From positions 4,526,001 to 4,590,000 of the forward strand of contig NC_043012.1 in the NCBI RefSeq assembly GCF_006345805.1: a DNA stretch of 64,000 nt, in the 5' to 3' direction. This stretch comes from Octopus sinensis. Its lineage: Eukaryota. The notes below the pieces were generated by a model that saw only the letters and a list, made by a program, of their open reading frames with translations, was not told where the DNA came from and ran no database searches. The stretch's first letter is position 1; each line of letters opens with the position of its first letter. The translations under genes and the position numbers were made by a program. This document shows, one piece after another, positions 12,909 to 28,009 of this stretch.

Positions 12909-14068
12909 GTATATGTATATGTATGAAAACATATATTTACATATACACACAGGAGAAGAGAGACAGGAACACACATATACTGACATGATATTAAAAGAAA
13001 AGATACCGTTTATCTTATTCCTAAGTCTTAACTTCTAAACAATGTTTGTGCACCATTAGATGCATTTACACAAATTAATCACTGAGTTTGATCACACACA
13101 TGGAGATAGCTTAATGGTTAGGGTGTGGGACTGATGATCCCATGGTTGTGGTTTCGATTCCTGGGTGGAGTGATTCATTGTGTTTTTGAGCAAAATATTT
13201 CATTTCATATTGCTTCAGTTCATTCACATGGCAAACATGAATAATCCTGCGATGGACCAACGTCCGGTCCAGGGGGGAAAATATATACACCACAGTTACC
13301 GGGAAACGGGCCCCACGGGTCTATATGACACGGGAATGATCTTTATCTTGTTATTACTTATAGACACCATTTACATGACAAAGCAAAGTAAAAAATCTAA
13401 TTAGTAATTCTCATGAAGAGTGAAGGTATATGGCTTAGTGGTTAGAGTGTTGGATTAATGATCGTAGCATTGTGGTTTCGGTTCCTGGTCCGAGCGATGC
13501 GTTATGTTTTTGGGAAAAACACTTCATTTCATATTGCTCCAATTCACTCAGCTGTTAGAAATGAATAATGCTGTAACAGACTGGCGTCCCATCCAGGGAG
13601 GAATACATACGTTAGAGAAGCTGAAAAACTGGTCCTATTTTCCTTACGAAGTAATGTGGACAAACCATGAAGCGAAGAAAGGACAATGACAGCTTAAATA
13701 CTAATGCAGGTACACTACTGATTTTCTGGTATCCTTGATTCCAAAGCCTTGGCGAAATAACCAATTTGTTGGATTATATGTGGCCACAAACTAATACTTC
13801 ATCAGTACACCTCTAACCATCTTATTTTTTTATACCTCATGCGTCTGAAATACCATAAATAATTATTGTTTATCTTGGATCGACATGGATTAGTGCTTAT
13901 GTTTGGCGCAGGAGTGGCTGTGTGGTAAGTAGCTTGCTTACCAACCACATGGTTCCAAGTTCAGTCCCACTGCGTGGCACCTTGGGCAAGTATCTCCTAC
14001 TATAGCCTCGGGCCGACCAAAGCCTTGTGAGTGGATTTGGTAGACGGAAACTGAAAGGAGCCGTCGTA

Positions 14069-14134
<66 letters not shown>

Positions 14135-14248
14135 TACTGTGACTGTGACCGACCAGGCTATCAGATGTTGTTAAACATCACTGGTCACAATGCGCTTCGC
14201 ATTGTTTTAACCTTCAAATGACGACACCCCGCTGGCTGAGCGAGCAGG

Positions 14249-14317
<69 letters not shown>

Positions 14318-14797
14318 GTGTTGTGTGGGTGTGTATATGTTTGTTGTCTGTTTGTCCCCCCAACATCGCTTGACAATTGATTGTGGTGGTTACGTCCCTG
14401 CAACTTAGCGGTTCGGCAAAAAAAACCGATAGAATAAGTACTGGGCTTACAAAGAATAAGTCCTGGGGTCGATTTGCTCGACTAAAGGCGGTGCTCCAGC
14501 TTGGCCGCAGTCAAATGACTGGAACAAGTAAAAGAGTAAAATAGTAAAGAGAGTACCACTGATGCTCTCATCTCAATAATCTGACACAGCCATGACTAAG
14601 GGTAATCTTTAAGCTTAATAAGGTCTCTCAAAATATTGGTATTGCCACTAACAAATGCAGTTTAAATAATGCAAATAAATACACGGTACACACAACGCCA
14701 GTGAACTAAACTGTCAGTTAGGGAAATTTCAAGTTCTCGGGATACCGTTGGTGTACCTGTATCACGTTACATAGAACAACAAAGGGAAGTAACTTAC

Positions 14798-15018
14798 GGT
14801 ACGCCTCCCTCATCTTTGCTGAAAGATTCGTCGTCCATTACGTTTCTTTCAGGCGTTTTACTTATGTTGATGTCTTTCGACTGTTCAGTGCTTAGTTTGA
14901 CACCGAGTTTGTGTTTTAAGAGGTTTACTCTGTTGTCTTGTATAGGTCCATTGCTAGAAAACGACGATCTCGTGGAAGCTGCGATATTTGAGACATTTGT
15001 TCCAAAATTACGATCCTC
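14798..15018 (-). CDS. CHS: Linker exon between motor and chitin synthase (EDRNFGTNV...DEGGVP), phase 0 to 2
   Basis: Pyrimidine tract then aag acceptor, GTAAGT donor; phases fit both neighbours. Confidence 0.82.
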
Positions 15019-15394
15019 CTTGAATGAATAACGAAACATTGGAAAAAAAGAAAAAGAAACAAATAAAAAGGAATAAAAACACCAAGAAAACAAAAATATT
15101 TATAAAAAAAGAGATAGATGCAACCTTCTTAACAACATCAATAATAAATAACAAAACCTGGATCATCAATATTTTAAGAGAGTAATGGAGAAACCACTTC
15201 CATAGGAGTGGCTGTGTGGTAAATAGCTTGCCTACCAACTACATGGTTCCGAGTTCAGTCCCACTACTGGCACCTTGGACAGGTGTCTTCTACTATGGCC
15301 TCGGGCCAACCAAAGCTTTGTGAGTGGATTTCGTAGACAGAAACTGAAAGAGGCCCGTTGTATATACATACACACACACACACACACACACACA

Positions 15395-15425
<31 letters not shown>

Positions 15426-15620
15426 CATATATATACATATATATATATAATATAATATATATATATATTATATATGTGTGTGGTTGTGTGTGTATATGAC
15501 ATTGTAGGACAGGTGTGAAAGATAGATCTGGCCATTTCGAACATTAAACAGGTAGAATGTTTTGGCCGAATGTGGCAGGTTTAAATGTTGGCGGTGGAGT
15601 GATTACGATGGTGGTTACGA

Positions 15621-15672
<52 letters not shown>

Positions 15673-16127
15673 GGTAGTGATCGTTCTGCCATTGTTATTG
15701 TTGACGGTCCTTGTTGTTGCTGTTGTTGTTGTTGGTTGTGATAGTGGAAATGGGGTTAATGGTGTTGGTAATGTGCTTGTTGACGCCCTCGTTGTTGCTG
15801 TTGCTGATGGTGATGACGATGACGATGGTGTTGGTGTTGGTGGTATTAGTAAGGCTGATGGCAATGGTCCTCATTGGTATTGTTATTGTTGGTGGTGTTA
15901 ATGGAGGTATAGTGATGTTGATGGTGTTGGTGGTATCGGGGTGGGCGTGGTTGGCCCATGTAACCATGGGCACATGTCACCACTCTCACCCCCCCCATTC
16001 TTAAAATCTACCAAGGGGCAATGACCCTGTCACCTTTATCTAAGTGCTATCTGATAAATATTTAATAAAATGGCTCTGATACAAGCACAAATACCCCAAT
16101 ATTTTTGAAGGAGAGAGAGGGAGAGAG

Positions 16128-16163
<36 letters not shown>

Positions 16164-16554
16164 CAAACTCGAATTTATGGGCTGCAGTTATTTTATCGAT
16201 TCACAACCCTGAAGAATAAGATGCAAAGCCAACTCCGACAGAATTTGAACTCAAAATGTACAAGGAGTGAACAATATAGCCTAAATTTTGAAATTTGTGT
16301 CATGTACCTATGTTAAAACACAACCAACGGACTGGCAGAACCAGCTGAGTGTCTGACTATAAGCCTTGTAACTTTGTTTAGCATGCACTGGTGTTTACAA
16401 TCTGAGTTCGAATCTCAATGCAGTCAATTTTGATTTTCTTTTTCTTTTTCCGCGGGCACAATAGGAATTGATTGAATAATGTACAAATCAATCAAGTACT
16501 GAGATCGATGTAATTCACTGCTCTACTCCAACCCCACCCACAAAATAAGTAACC

Positions 16555-16760
16555 GCGATTGGCAGAATCGTTAGCGGAAAGGATAAAATGCTTAGCGACA
16601 TTTCTCCCGACTCATTACGTTCCAAGTTCAAATTCCACCGAGGTTGACTTTGCCCTTCATCCTTTCGGGGTCAATAAAAGAGTACCAGTTGAGTATTGGG
16701 ATCGATGTAATCGATCTTCCCACTCACCCGAACTTGCTGCCTTGTGCCAAAATTTGAAAC
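16555..16760 (+). mobile_element. SINE family D. Related copies at ~6475-6560, 61040-61235 (+) and 3020-3300, 23575-23930, 39262-39335 (-)
   Basis: Shared ggcagaatcgttagc...ttcaaattcc.ccgaggt.gactttgcc..tcatcctttcggggtc block. Confidence 0.85.
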
Positions 16761-16840
<80 letters not shown>

Positions 16841-17030
16841 CAGTAAAATAATGATTACAATAAGAATACAAACCTTTCGCGGTCCATTTGGTTTCCTTTG
16901 TCATCCGAAGCTTGATAAATGTAGTTAAAATAAAATACCCGGACATCTCCAGACACCCATACACGCACAACAGCACTATGCGTCTTAAGTTAAGTACATA
17001 TGTATGTATGTATCTATATGTGTGTGTGTT

Positions 17031-17070
<40 letters not shown>

Positions 17071-18754
17071 GTTGTGTGTGTGATGTCAAAATTGTAATGT
17101 ATAATGTCAAGTGATGCTTCAATTAAGTAATATATTCTTTAATTTTCTTATTTTAATCTCTTATTTGGAAGTTAAATCCTTCATAGAAGGAAAATAAATA
17201 CATTAAAAGGAATTTTCATCGAAGGAAAAAGAAAGCAAGCTATTTTTTATCGGTAAAAAATATACGTGAAATTATATAATTGTAAAAAAAAAAAAATGAC
17301 CAAAAATTTATGTGACGAATATTTTTGGAGCTAACTGTATGGTAAAACCTAAAACATTAAGCATAAAATAAATATTTCCGTTTTGAGTCCGATTTGTAAC
17401 ATATAAACAGAAGCGGTACGATAGAGAATGAGAGAGAGAGGAAGAGAGAGATATCCTTAAAGTTTTGTCTTCCTTTTTCTTTTCATTATTTCATTAGGTA
17501 GGTATAATCCATAGGAGAGTTGCCACGCTTTTTTGCCCTACCCCTATCCATCCGGGTAGAATGATAAAGGGTCACCATTGATTGAAACGTTAAAAACAAA
17601 TCAAATAAACTCGTTGCAATTCTTGTTGTTTCTTCATTTGTCCAAGAAAAATATATTGTGTGTGTATGTGTGTGTGTTTTTATTTGATGAAAGAAGAAAT
17701 ACTTTTTAACACCGGCGTAACATTAATTAACGACAACAACGACATCAACAATAAAACAACAATTGGAGCCGTCACAAAATCGAACAGGTACAAAAAGCCT
17801 TCATTTTCTCTTTTGCATCCATATTTTCTCTTTTTTTTTTTAATGAACGCTTCTCTCTTTCTCTCTCTCATTTGTTTGCCTCCCTTAATTTTCTCTCTCT
17901 CTTTTCAAAGTTTTCTTTTGCCTCTGTACCTCTGTACCTCCTCTGTACCTCCTTCTTTTTCACCTTCTCCTCATTCCTTTCTCTTCCCATCTCCTTATAT
18001 GCCACCCACTCCATCATTCCGACCCAAAGGCCAGTCCCTCTCTCATTCTTCCCTTCTCTTTCTGTCTCTCTCATCCCCCTGTCTCCCTCCATATTCCTCT
18101 CCCATTCTTTCTCTATCAATCTATCTTCCTTTTCTCTCTGTCGTCTTCTTTGATTACATCTATTTTTGACAATGCTTCAACCTGTCTGTCTGTCTGACTC
18201 CCCCTCTCTCTCCCTCTCACAAACCCCATTCACTGTCCCTCCTCTTAAACTACCTTTCGATCTAACACCACACTCACCTTCTTTATTTTACCCGCTCATT
18301 TCTCTCCTAATCTTTTTCACACCCTCTCTCCACCTCTCCGCCGCCTCTCTCTTTGTCTTTTTCTCAAGCATTACCTTTTCTAATTAAGATACTCACCTCT
18401 GTCTCTATCTTTGTCTCACATTCACATATTCCCCCTCCCCACTCACAATAACATTCCCCTCTCTTATTTCCCTCTCTCTCTTCAGTACAACTCCCGTCCT
18501 TCTACACAGACGAAGCCATTCAAGCGAGACCGTGACTCAAACGTTAGGATCTGTTGCGTAAGGTGGACACTTACTTTAAAACCGCAATCACAACAACAAT
18601 AAGAAAAGTAAAGTGCAGAGAGAAAAATAAAAATAAAAATAAGAAAAACCGTGATAAAACCACAACAATAATAACACCGCCTGAAACGTCAAGTTAACAA
18701 AGCAATAAAAAAGGTAAATAATTAAATGGCCAATCGAGTAACTGCTTTTAAAGC

Positions 18755-18803
<49 letters not shown>

Positions 18804-19659
18804 ACTAATAATAATAATAAGAAGAATAAGAATAAGAATAATACCCGGTATATGCAGCCAGGCGTGACATTGCTTGTATAGGTGCATATGTGTTTAAATA
18901 CATGCGTGCGAATATTTGCGTATGTGTGTGCGTGGGTACGCACATTCACACACACACACACACGCACACACACATATATAGGGGAGAGAGAAAGAGAAAG
19001 TGTGTATGTGTGTTTGTGTGTGTTTGTGCGTATGCTTTACGAGTGCTTCTGCGTAGATGTTTTGAAAAATTATGTAATATCAAATGATTTTAAATTAACT
19101 GACAAATCACCTAATGTAATATTTTTTTCTACTCTAGGTGCAAGGCCCGAAACGTTTGGGGGAGAGAGCCAGTCGATTTAGATCGACCCCAGAACGCAAC
19201 TGGTACTTAATTTATCGAACCCCGAAAGGATGAAAGGCAAAGTCGACCTCGGCGGAATTTGAACTCAGAACATAAAGACAGACCAAATACCTATTTCTTT
19301 ACTACCCACAGGGGCTAAACACAGAGGGGACAAACAAGGACAGACAAACGGATTAAGTCAATTATATCGACCCTAGTACGTAATTGGTACTTATTTAATC
19401 GACCCCGAAAGGATGAAAGGCAAAGTCGACCTCGGCGGAATTTTGAACCCAGAACGTAGCGGCAGAAGAAATACCGCAAAGCATTTCGCCCGGCGTGCTA
19501 ACGTTTCTTATTTCTTTACTGTACTTAATTCCTGGATCTCAAAAGAACGAATGCTGAAATGTCGACCACGGCGGCATTTAAAATCAGGACATTAAGACGG
19601 ACCAAGTGCTGCTAAATACTTGGTCCGGCGCGGTAACGATTCTGCGAGCTCGCTGTCGC

Positions 19660-20225
19660 CAAATGCAGAATGTGCAACCAAACACCATATGTAGAATGTG
19701 CAACCAGCACAATGAGGCAGTTAACCACAACATCTCTGTCCAGTTCTCGCTAAATCTGAATATATATATGCCTGTATGGCCGAGTAAGTAGTTATATCCA
19801 CTGGACAATACGCTAACACTGCAACATAAAAACTTACAAGAAATGGTATAAACATCTGACAAACAAGGTACATGACGACGACCAGACCACAACCACCTAT
19901 GATATGCCTATTCAAAGTGACAAAGAAATCAAAGCTAATCCCTCAGACATAATAATCAAGGATTGGAGAAAACAACACAAAAATTCCTGCTTACTGACAG
20001 AGATTGCGGACCCTTCTGACCAATATTGCCTCCAAAAATTTGGAGAAATTGTTAAGTACAGAGATCTCGGAATGGAAGAATCCAAGATGTGAGGCATAAC
20101 GTTAAAAACAATACAGTGATAACTGGAGCATTGGGTATGATAAAAAAAACCCCAAAACATATGAACAAAAACGTAGAAGCTATACCTGGACCCTCAATAT
20201 TTTACAAAACTGAAAAAGTTGTTCC
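19660..20225 (+). mobile_element. R4/Dong-like RLE fragment
   Basis: CRMCNQHNE..NH, IQSDKEIKANPSDIIIKD, KYRDL. Confidence 0.8.
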
Positions 20226-20659
20226 TACATAGAACAGTCCACATCCAACACAAGACACTATCAATTCATCGGTACAATACAAATAAAACAACCCGCAAAC
20301 ACAAACACACCCTATACAGTAAATATGCAATAAAACAAAACCCCTTTAATATGTATTCTACAGGCCAGATACCCAGCAGCAGAACACAACTCGCATTGAA
20401 CGCATAACACAAAATACAAATACTAATACAACGAAAGACTGCATACATAACAAAACAGATGCAATACAATACTGCGAAGAGTCAGCGCTCCCCTAATACC
20501 AACAAAAACAAGAACACACAATGCTTTACACACCTGAGCGGCAATACGGAGGTGTAGCATGTGATGCAGAAGAAATTTTCCTAAAACTATCAAATGTCGA
20601 ATAATAATAACAAAACAACAACAACAACAATAATGATGATGATAATAATAATAATAATG

Positions 20660-20711
<52 letters not shown>

Positions 20712-20716
<5 letters not shown>

Positions 20717-21455
20717 GGGAAGAAAAACCTCTCAATAGCAAACATCCAAAGAGAGCTAATAGTGCCGATGTTGACAAAGCCCTTTACCCATCAATAGTTA
20801 GTGGCTTCTGGCTTAAAACCAGAAACAGAAGGGTTTATCTAGCAGCCCAAGATCAATGCCTACCTACAAAAAACTACCAGGCCAACATATTAAAGAACGG
20901 CAGCTGCCCAACGTCGTGTATGCCAACAAAATGAAACCATTGATCACGTTGTCTCCAGGTGCAGTATTCTTGCGCCTACAGAGTATCTCAACGGGCATGA
21001 TAGAGCAGCACAATGTATTCATTTGGTAATTTGCAAAACCCTGGACCTGACCCATGATAGAAACTGGTGGGAACACAATCCACCTCCTCTGCTTGAAAAT
21101 GAGCGCATCTCACTCCTCTGGAAGTTCACCATTCAAACTGATAGAAAGATAGATGCGAATATGCCAGACATTATATTGAAAGACTTCAGACAAAACTCGT
21201 ACCTCCTCATTGATATGACTGTCCAATCGTATCTGTCAAAAACTGAGCAAGTATAAAGATCTTGAAATAGAAATTGGCAAAATGTGGAACTTTAAGACTA
21301 AAACAATACCTGTTGTCGTAGGTGCCTAGGAATGATGGCAAAAGGGGGATTATTGCTACCTAGCTCAGATACTAGGAAAACCCAAAATGGCGGAAATTCA
21401 AAAGATAATGTTCATGGGAACTGCCCATATCCTACGTAAAATACTTTCTATGTAA
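20712..21455 (+). mobile_element. R4/Dong-like non-LTR retrotransposon 3' part (CCHC finger plus restriction-like endonuclease), decayed
   Basis: SGLKPETEGF.AAQDQCLPT, CRVC...ETIDHVVSRC, IQTDRKIDANMPDIILKD, KYKDLEIE, GTAHILRK; preceded by (AAT)n. Confidence 0.9.
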
Positions 21456-21652
21456 TCTCAAAATTTAAAACTCACAATTTTCTTATGTTTTGTTAAATAT
21501 TCTCTAGAACAATACTATGTACAAAACCAAATATATGACATCCCAGGCATAACACCAACATGAACTTCTAACTTGTCTCTTGAGATCTGTGGGTGAGACT
21601 TGGAGCCAACTTGTACAAAGCAAAAGCAAAAGCCAAACATATAATAATAATG

Positions 21653-21686
<34 letters not shown>

Positions 21687-21715
21687 CAACAACAACAATA
21701 ATAGTAGTAGTAGTA

Positions 21716-21757
<42 letters not shown>

Positions 21758-21893
21758 TAATAATGATTAGGTCAATACTGATAGAACGATCCAGGTTAAT
21801 CGACCAGACAAAATTATCAAAGACAAGGAAGAAAATACTTGTAGACTAATAGACATATGATCTGAAACTCAACCAAAATGAAACTGAGCTTAC

Positions 21894-21947
21894 ATGTTCT
21901 TTGAGACGATTTTCAAGAATATCTTTGTCCTGATATTTCAGCATTAC
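21894..21947 (-). CDS. CHS: End-of-motor exon (VMLKYQDKDILENRLKEH), phase 0 to 0
   Basis: tttttcttactttttcag acceptor, GTAAGC donor; continues GKTK|VxLKY. Confidence 0.88.
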
Positions 21948-22104
21948 CTGAAAAAGTAAGAAAAAGTACAATTAATAAGGATCTGAATATATATAAATAT
22001 ATGCTGGAAATTTTTTTTTGTAGATACTCTTCTATTAAATTGCTTAATTTGTGTATCACATTAACAAGAAGAAGAAGAAGAAGAACAACAACAACAATAA
22101 TAAT

Positions 22105-22500
22105 AATGGGAAATGCAAAATTTTGTGTGATATTCCTATTTAAACGAATAAAAAGCTAGAAAATAACAGACCAGACATGACAATAACCGACAAAGAAAAG
22201 CGAAGCTGCTTCCTAATTGATCCATCATGTCCGTTTGATTGTAGGATTGAAGATAAAAAAAAAAATACAGTCCCTTAAAATTTGAAATTGCATGAATTTG
22301 GAGCATGGAGACTAAAAATTGGTGCCTGTAAGAATTGGTACCTGTAAGAATATATGCAAAGATGCAGACAAATGGTTGAAGAAGATTGGAACAGAATGTC
22401 CTGCTGAGCTAAAGACAGTTTGCCTCTTAGGGACAGGAAAGATCATCAGGAGGGTTCTAAGTACTCGAGAGACTATTGAACGCTTGTAGATACCCAAGGT
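22105..22500 (+). mobile_element. R4/Dong-like RLE fragment
   Basis: NKKLENNRPDMTITDKEKRSCFLIDPSCPFD...LLGTGKIIRRVL. Confidence 0.8.
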
Positions 22501-22597
22501 TACCTAAAGTCGTAACCCGCAACCCACATAAATCATATCAGGAATAAGAACGAACCTGAGTCAAATCAGTAATGATAATAGTAATAATAATAATGAT

Positions 22598-22880
22598 GTC
22601 TGATTTAGTAGTAGTAGACAAAGAGAATAGAAAGTGCCAGGTAATTGACTTTGCAGTCCCAAATGATGAGAAAGTCAATATGAAAGATATAGAGAAAATA
22701 GTAAAGTACCAGGGTCTCGCCATTTAATTACAGAGGCCATGGAATGCGTGGGTAAAATGTATCCTTTTTAGGTATAGGTGCATTAAGAACTACCAGTAAA
22801 GATTTGAATAGATGGAGCGAATAAATAGGCATAAAAGTTTAGTGCAGCTCCAGAAAGCAGTGTTATTAGGGACAGTTAGG
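22598..22880 (+). mobile_element. R4/Dong-like RLE fragment
   Basis: DLVVVDKENRKCQVIDFAVPND...EKIVKYQGL...LQKAVLLGT. Confidence 0.8.
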
Positions 22881-24178
22881 GTACATGACGTTGTATAACA
22901 GTGTTGTAGGTTAACTTCAACAGGATGGGACTAGTTGATTCATTTAAAACTCTTTCTAAATCGGAAATGTTATAAATTTAACAGAAAGTTAGTTCTTAGA
23001 ATCTGGTCAGCGTTCTCTTCAACATGCCATTGCTATATATATAGTAATGTTGTTTGTTCCTTCTCGAGCCACGCCTGGCTCATAGGGCCGGTTTCCCGGT
23101 TTCCTTGGCGTATAGGTTCCCCAACTGGACGGGACGCCGGTCCGTTACAGGTGAGCTGCAAGATGCAGGAGGAAAGAGTGAGAGAAAGTTGTGGCGAAAG
23201 AGTCAGCAGAAGTTTGCCATTACCTTCTGCCAGATCCACGTGGAGCTTAGGTGCTTCACTCATAAACACACACATCACCCGGTCTGAGATTCGAAACCGC
23301 GATCCCTCGACCGCGAGTCCACTGCTCTAACCACTAGGCCATGTGCCTCCACATATAGTTTCTTATGTCTTAGGAAATGATATGACACCAAATCACTATA
23401 ATATTGCTCAGAAGTGAAGTAGAGAAGCTAAAGAATTATGTCAACATTAATACCAAATTCAACAAAAACATTATGGCATTCAAGAAATATTGGTTACAAA
23501 TTTGGGCACAAAGTCAGCAATTTCGGAGGAGAGTTAAGTCGATGAGATCGATCCAAGTGTTCAACTGCTTCTTATTTTACCGACCCTTAATGAATTAAAG
23601 ATAAAAACTGACCACGGCGAACGTAAAGACTCAGAACGTAAAGACAGACGAAATGCTACTAAGCATTTTGCCCGGAGTGCTAACGATTCTGCCAGCTCGC
23701 CGCCTTAAAATCATGAACGATAATCCTTTCTGCTACAGGCATAAGGCCTGAAATTTTGGGGAGGGGGTAAGTCGATTACATCGAACCTCGTGTCCTTTGG
23801 TACTTATTTTATTGAAAGGGTGAAAGACAAAATCGACCTCCGCGGAATTTAAACTCAGAACATGAAACTGGACGAAATATCGCTAAGCATTTTCCCCGGC
23901 GTGCTAACGATTGTGCCATCACGCCGCCTTAAAATCATGAATGGTAATAAAAATGCCAAGGATTTCCATAACAACAACAACAATGGTAGAAAAAGAAGGG
24001 AAGAAGTTTAATCGGGTCTCAGTGTAGTTTTAGATACAGTGGTTGACAAAAAAAAAAAAGGCACCAAGTAAAAAATAACATGATCCTAACAAAGGGCTGA
24101 TGGCCATTAATGAGACATATTTGAATATACGTCAGCAATGTTAGATCTGACCCAGGGTTAAACAAAAGCAACAACAGT

Positions 24179-24217
<39 letters not shown>

Positions 24218-24748
24218 AGCAGTGGTACCCATCATAAGAGGGTACGAATCCACGACCTTCCTTCCGGGTTCCCCACCTCTTATTTATTAACCTTCCGAAA
24301 ACAAACAATTATTTCTATAACATTTCAAAGCTCTCTTGGAAGTAATGAGACAGTGGATTGTTAAAATCGGTTTAAAAAAAAAGAAAAAGAAGAAGAAGAA
24401 GAAGAAGAAGAAGAAGAACAACAACAACACAGTACATATCAAACAGCAAGGAAGGCATAAAAAAATGTCCTCTCGCTATGTAGTAATTTGCCGCTTGTTA
24501 AAGATCGATGTATTTATAATTGTTAGTTATTTCTAGTCGGGTTCAAATACCTACCAGGTGCTGAACCGGTGAAGGTATTTGTTTCCTTTCCGGGACTCTC
24601 CCTGCTGATGTGATTATTGTAAAGAAAAGGTGAGACGAGATGACATGAGAGGTGAGAGGTGAGGAGGAATGGTGGAAAATAGTTGGTGGCCAAATGTCTA
24701 CAATGGAAGCAAGCAAAAGCGTATATATTGCGTGTGTGTGTGTACGCG

Positions 24749-24799
<51 letters not shown>

Positions 24800-24864
24800 G
24801 AGAGTAAACTAATACATCTTTTAATTTCACATCGTCTTTGTGGTCAATATTTCTGCACGGTATT

Positions 24865-25261
24865 TATGTATGTATGTATGTATGTATGTATGTATGTATG
24901 TATGTATGTATGTATGTATGTATGTATGTATGTATGTGTGTGTGTATGTATGTATGTATGAATATATGTATGTATGAATGTATGTATGTATGTATGTATG
25001 TATGTATGTATGTATGTATGTATGTATGTATGTATGTATGAATATATGTATGTATGAATGTATGTATGTATGTATGTATGTATGTATGTATGTATGTATG
25101 TATGTATGAATATATGTATGTATGTATGTATGAATGTATGTATGTATGTATGTATGTATGAATGTATGTATGTATGTATGTATGTATGTATGTATGTATG
25201 AATATATGTATGTATGAATGTATGTATGTATGTATGTATGTATGTATGTATGTATGTATGA

Positions 25262-25294
<33 letters not shown>

Positions 25295-25350
25295 TGTTAT
25301 GTATGTATGTATGTATGTATGTATGTGTGTGTGTATGTATGTATGTATGA

Positions 25351-25383
<33 letters not shown>

Positions 25384-25535
25384 TGTATGTATGTATGTAT
25401 GTATGAATATATGTATGTATGAATGTATGTATGTATGTATGTATGTATGTATGTATGTATGTATGTATGTATGAATATATGTATGTATGAATGTATGTAT
25501 GTATGTATGTATGTATGTATGTATGTATGTATGAA
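24865..25535. repeat. (TATG)n tetranucleotide array with recurring variant blocks
   Basis: Read directly from the sequence. Confidence 0.95.
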
Positions 25536-25639
25536 TATTTATCAGAAACAACAAAGGGACTCAAGATTCGAGAGTTTCGTGTCAGTACTTACCAAACTCT
25601 CTCTCTGTTTCTCTCCCCCTCTTTCTCTATACATATTCG

Positions 25640-25673
<34 letters not shown>

Positions 25674-25674
25674 A

Positions 25675-25708
<34 letters not shown>

Positions 25709-26191
25709 CACTATATATAAATATATGTATGTATATGAATATCTATTTATCTCACTCTCTGTCTCTTTATATATATATATATATATATATATACATACAT
25801 ACACACACTCATCATACATACATACATACTACATACATACATACATACATACATACAACATACATACATACTTACATACATACATACATACACGCAGACA
25901 GACAGACTGACAGACAGACAGAGACTAGCAGTGACAAGGACACATGGGTTGTTAAAACTCGTTGATGCCAAGCGAAGACAGTCTTTTGCATTAGAACGTT
26001 GCCCCAAGCTGAAACAGATTCCAATAAATAATGGTGCACCTAACAACGCTTACATAACACCTAACACCGATTTAATTGTTCAGTTATAGTTTGCAATTAC
26101 ACACATGCTTACACACAACACCTCTTTTAATTGTCTCTCTTGGTTTACTCCTACACTCCTACACTCACATGCATAAGCCATGGTGTGAAGT

Positions 26192-26227
<36 letters not shown>

Positions 26228-26233
26228 TAAGTA

Positions 26234-26289
<56 letters not shown>

Positions 26290-26305
26290 ATATATGTAAT
26301 ATATA

Positions 26306-26356
<51 letters not shown>

Positions 26357-26393
26357 CAAACAATATGTGTATGTATATAATACAAACACACAT

Positions 26394-26426
<33 letters not shown>

Positions 26427-26461
26427 GATATACATATATATATATATAGATATATATATAC

Positions 26462-26496
<35 letters not shown>

Positions 26497-26507
26497 CATA
26501 TATATAC

Positions 26508-26556
<49 letters not shown>

Positions 26557-28009
26557 CACATACATGCATGAACAGAGATGTATGCGTTTGAACGCAATTA
26601 TTTTTGACTCATTCCTTTGATGTAAATGAGCAACTGAATTAATTCACACATTTACGTAGCTTACGTAATGTAATAAATGTTTTACTTTGGTCTTTGCCGT
26701 AAAAGTGAATAAAATAGAATGAATAAATAAAACAAGGAATTTTGAGTCGGGTACTAAATGAGTATAAGAGACGGTTGAACTGTTACGGTAATTGATTTTC
26801 AGTTTGTGAATCATACGTTCATATCATACTGTAAGAATTTCGTTGTCTGTCTTTGGGAGAAATGTAGCTTTTGTTCTCCATGAATCTGGCTTGTTAAATG
26901 GGAAACCAGGAGGTTGTTTGACTTCTGGAGAAACGTGGTAGTTAGTGAAGTGTAATAATATATCAGGGATGCGTTTTCGTTTGGCGGTTGAAACAGAGAA
27001 TATAGTGACTGATATAAGAGTTGATAGTCAATAAAGTAAGGGACATAGTGCTTGAAACATGAAATACAGTAACGAGCGAAAGAGATAATAGTTGAGAAAG
27101 TAGTACGCATGACGATTGAAACATGTAATGCATTATATGATATTAGAGATGATAGCTGAGAATGTTACAGGCATTGAAAGGCGACAACCGGAGCAGGAAC
27201 ATAACAAAATGATGATGTGACGATTGGAAAGAAATCAAGAACGGGAAATAGAAGCAGGAAGAGTAGGAGGTGAGATAGGAAAAAGAAGGGGGAGGCTGAA
27301 ATGTAGAACACAAGAAAGAAAGAAATGAATGAATAAAGAAATAAATGAATAAATAAATAGATGAAACTAGGTAAACGCTGGTATGGCTGTGTTGTTAAGA
27401 GACTCGTTTTACAATCTAGTGACTTCGGGTTCAGTCCTACTACATGGTACCTTGAGCAAATGTCTTTTATTTTAGCTTTGGGCCGATCAATTTGACTGAT
27501 TTTGGCAAACGAAGACTATGAGGAAGCCTGTCGTATATATATATATATATACGTAAATGTCGAACGATGAAAATGAGTGCTCAACACCGCATTGGTGGAG
27601 AGAATTTCTTTATTTGCGTATTAAGGCTACTATTGGTTTCATGTTATGGAAAACATCTTAATATCTGAACAATTTTTCAAGCCGATCACATGAAGGAATG
27701 ATGTTCGTCTCCATTTTGAATAAAAACATAAAGTCTCGTAAGGAAAACAATAAATAAAACGGTAGTACACTTGGACGACATCTTCTGAGTGGTTATCTCC
27801 CTTTGATTTGACTTTTGGGCAAACAGTCACGTTGGATGGTAAATTGTTTTTGCATTATATTATGTTATGGGTATATATGGTGTTCGTATGCTTGTGCTGA
27901 GATAGTTCGTCATGGAGTTTTTTTTTCTATATGTGGCGTTCGTGTATTATATATAAATTCAGATTTATCGTTCAGGATAGATCAGTGGCATAGGTGTTTG
28001 GAGTGTTTA

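Noticed and set aside
15544-16004. Low-complexity ORFs (also 17660-18390, 43900-44370, 63620-63925)
   Set aside because: Trinucleotide or pyrimidine-rich repeats with no splice-phase support.
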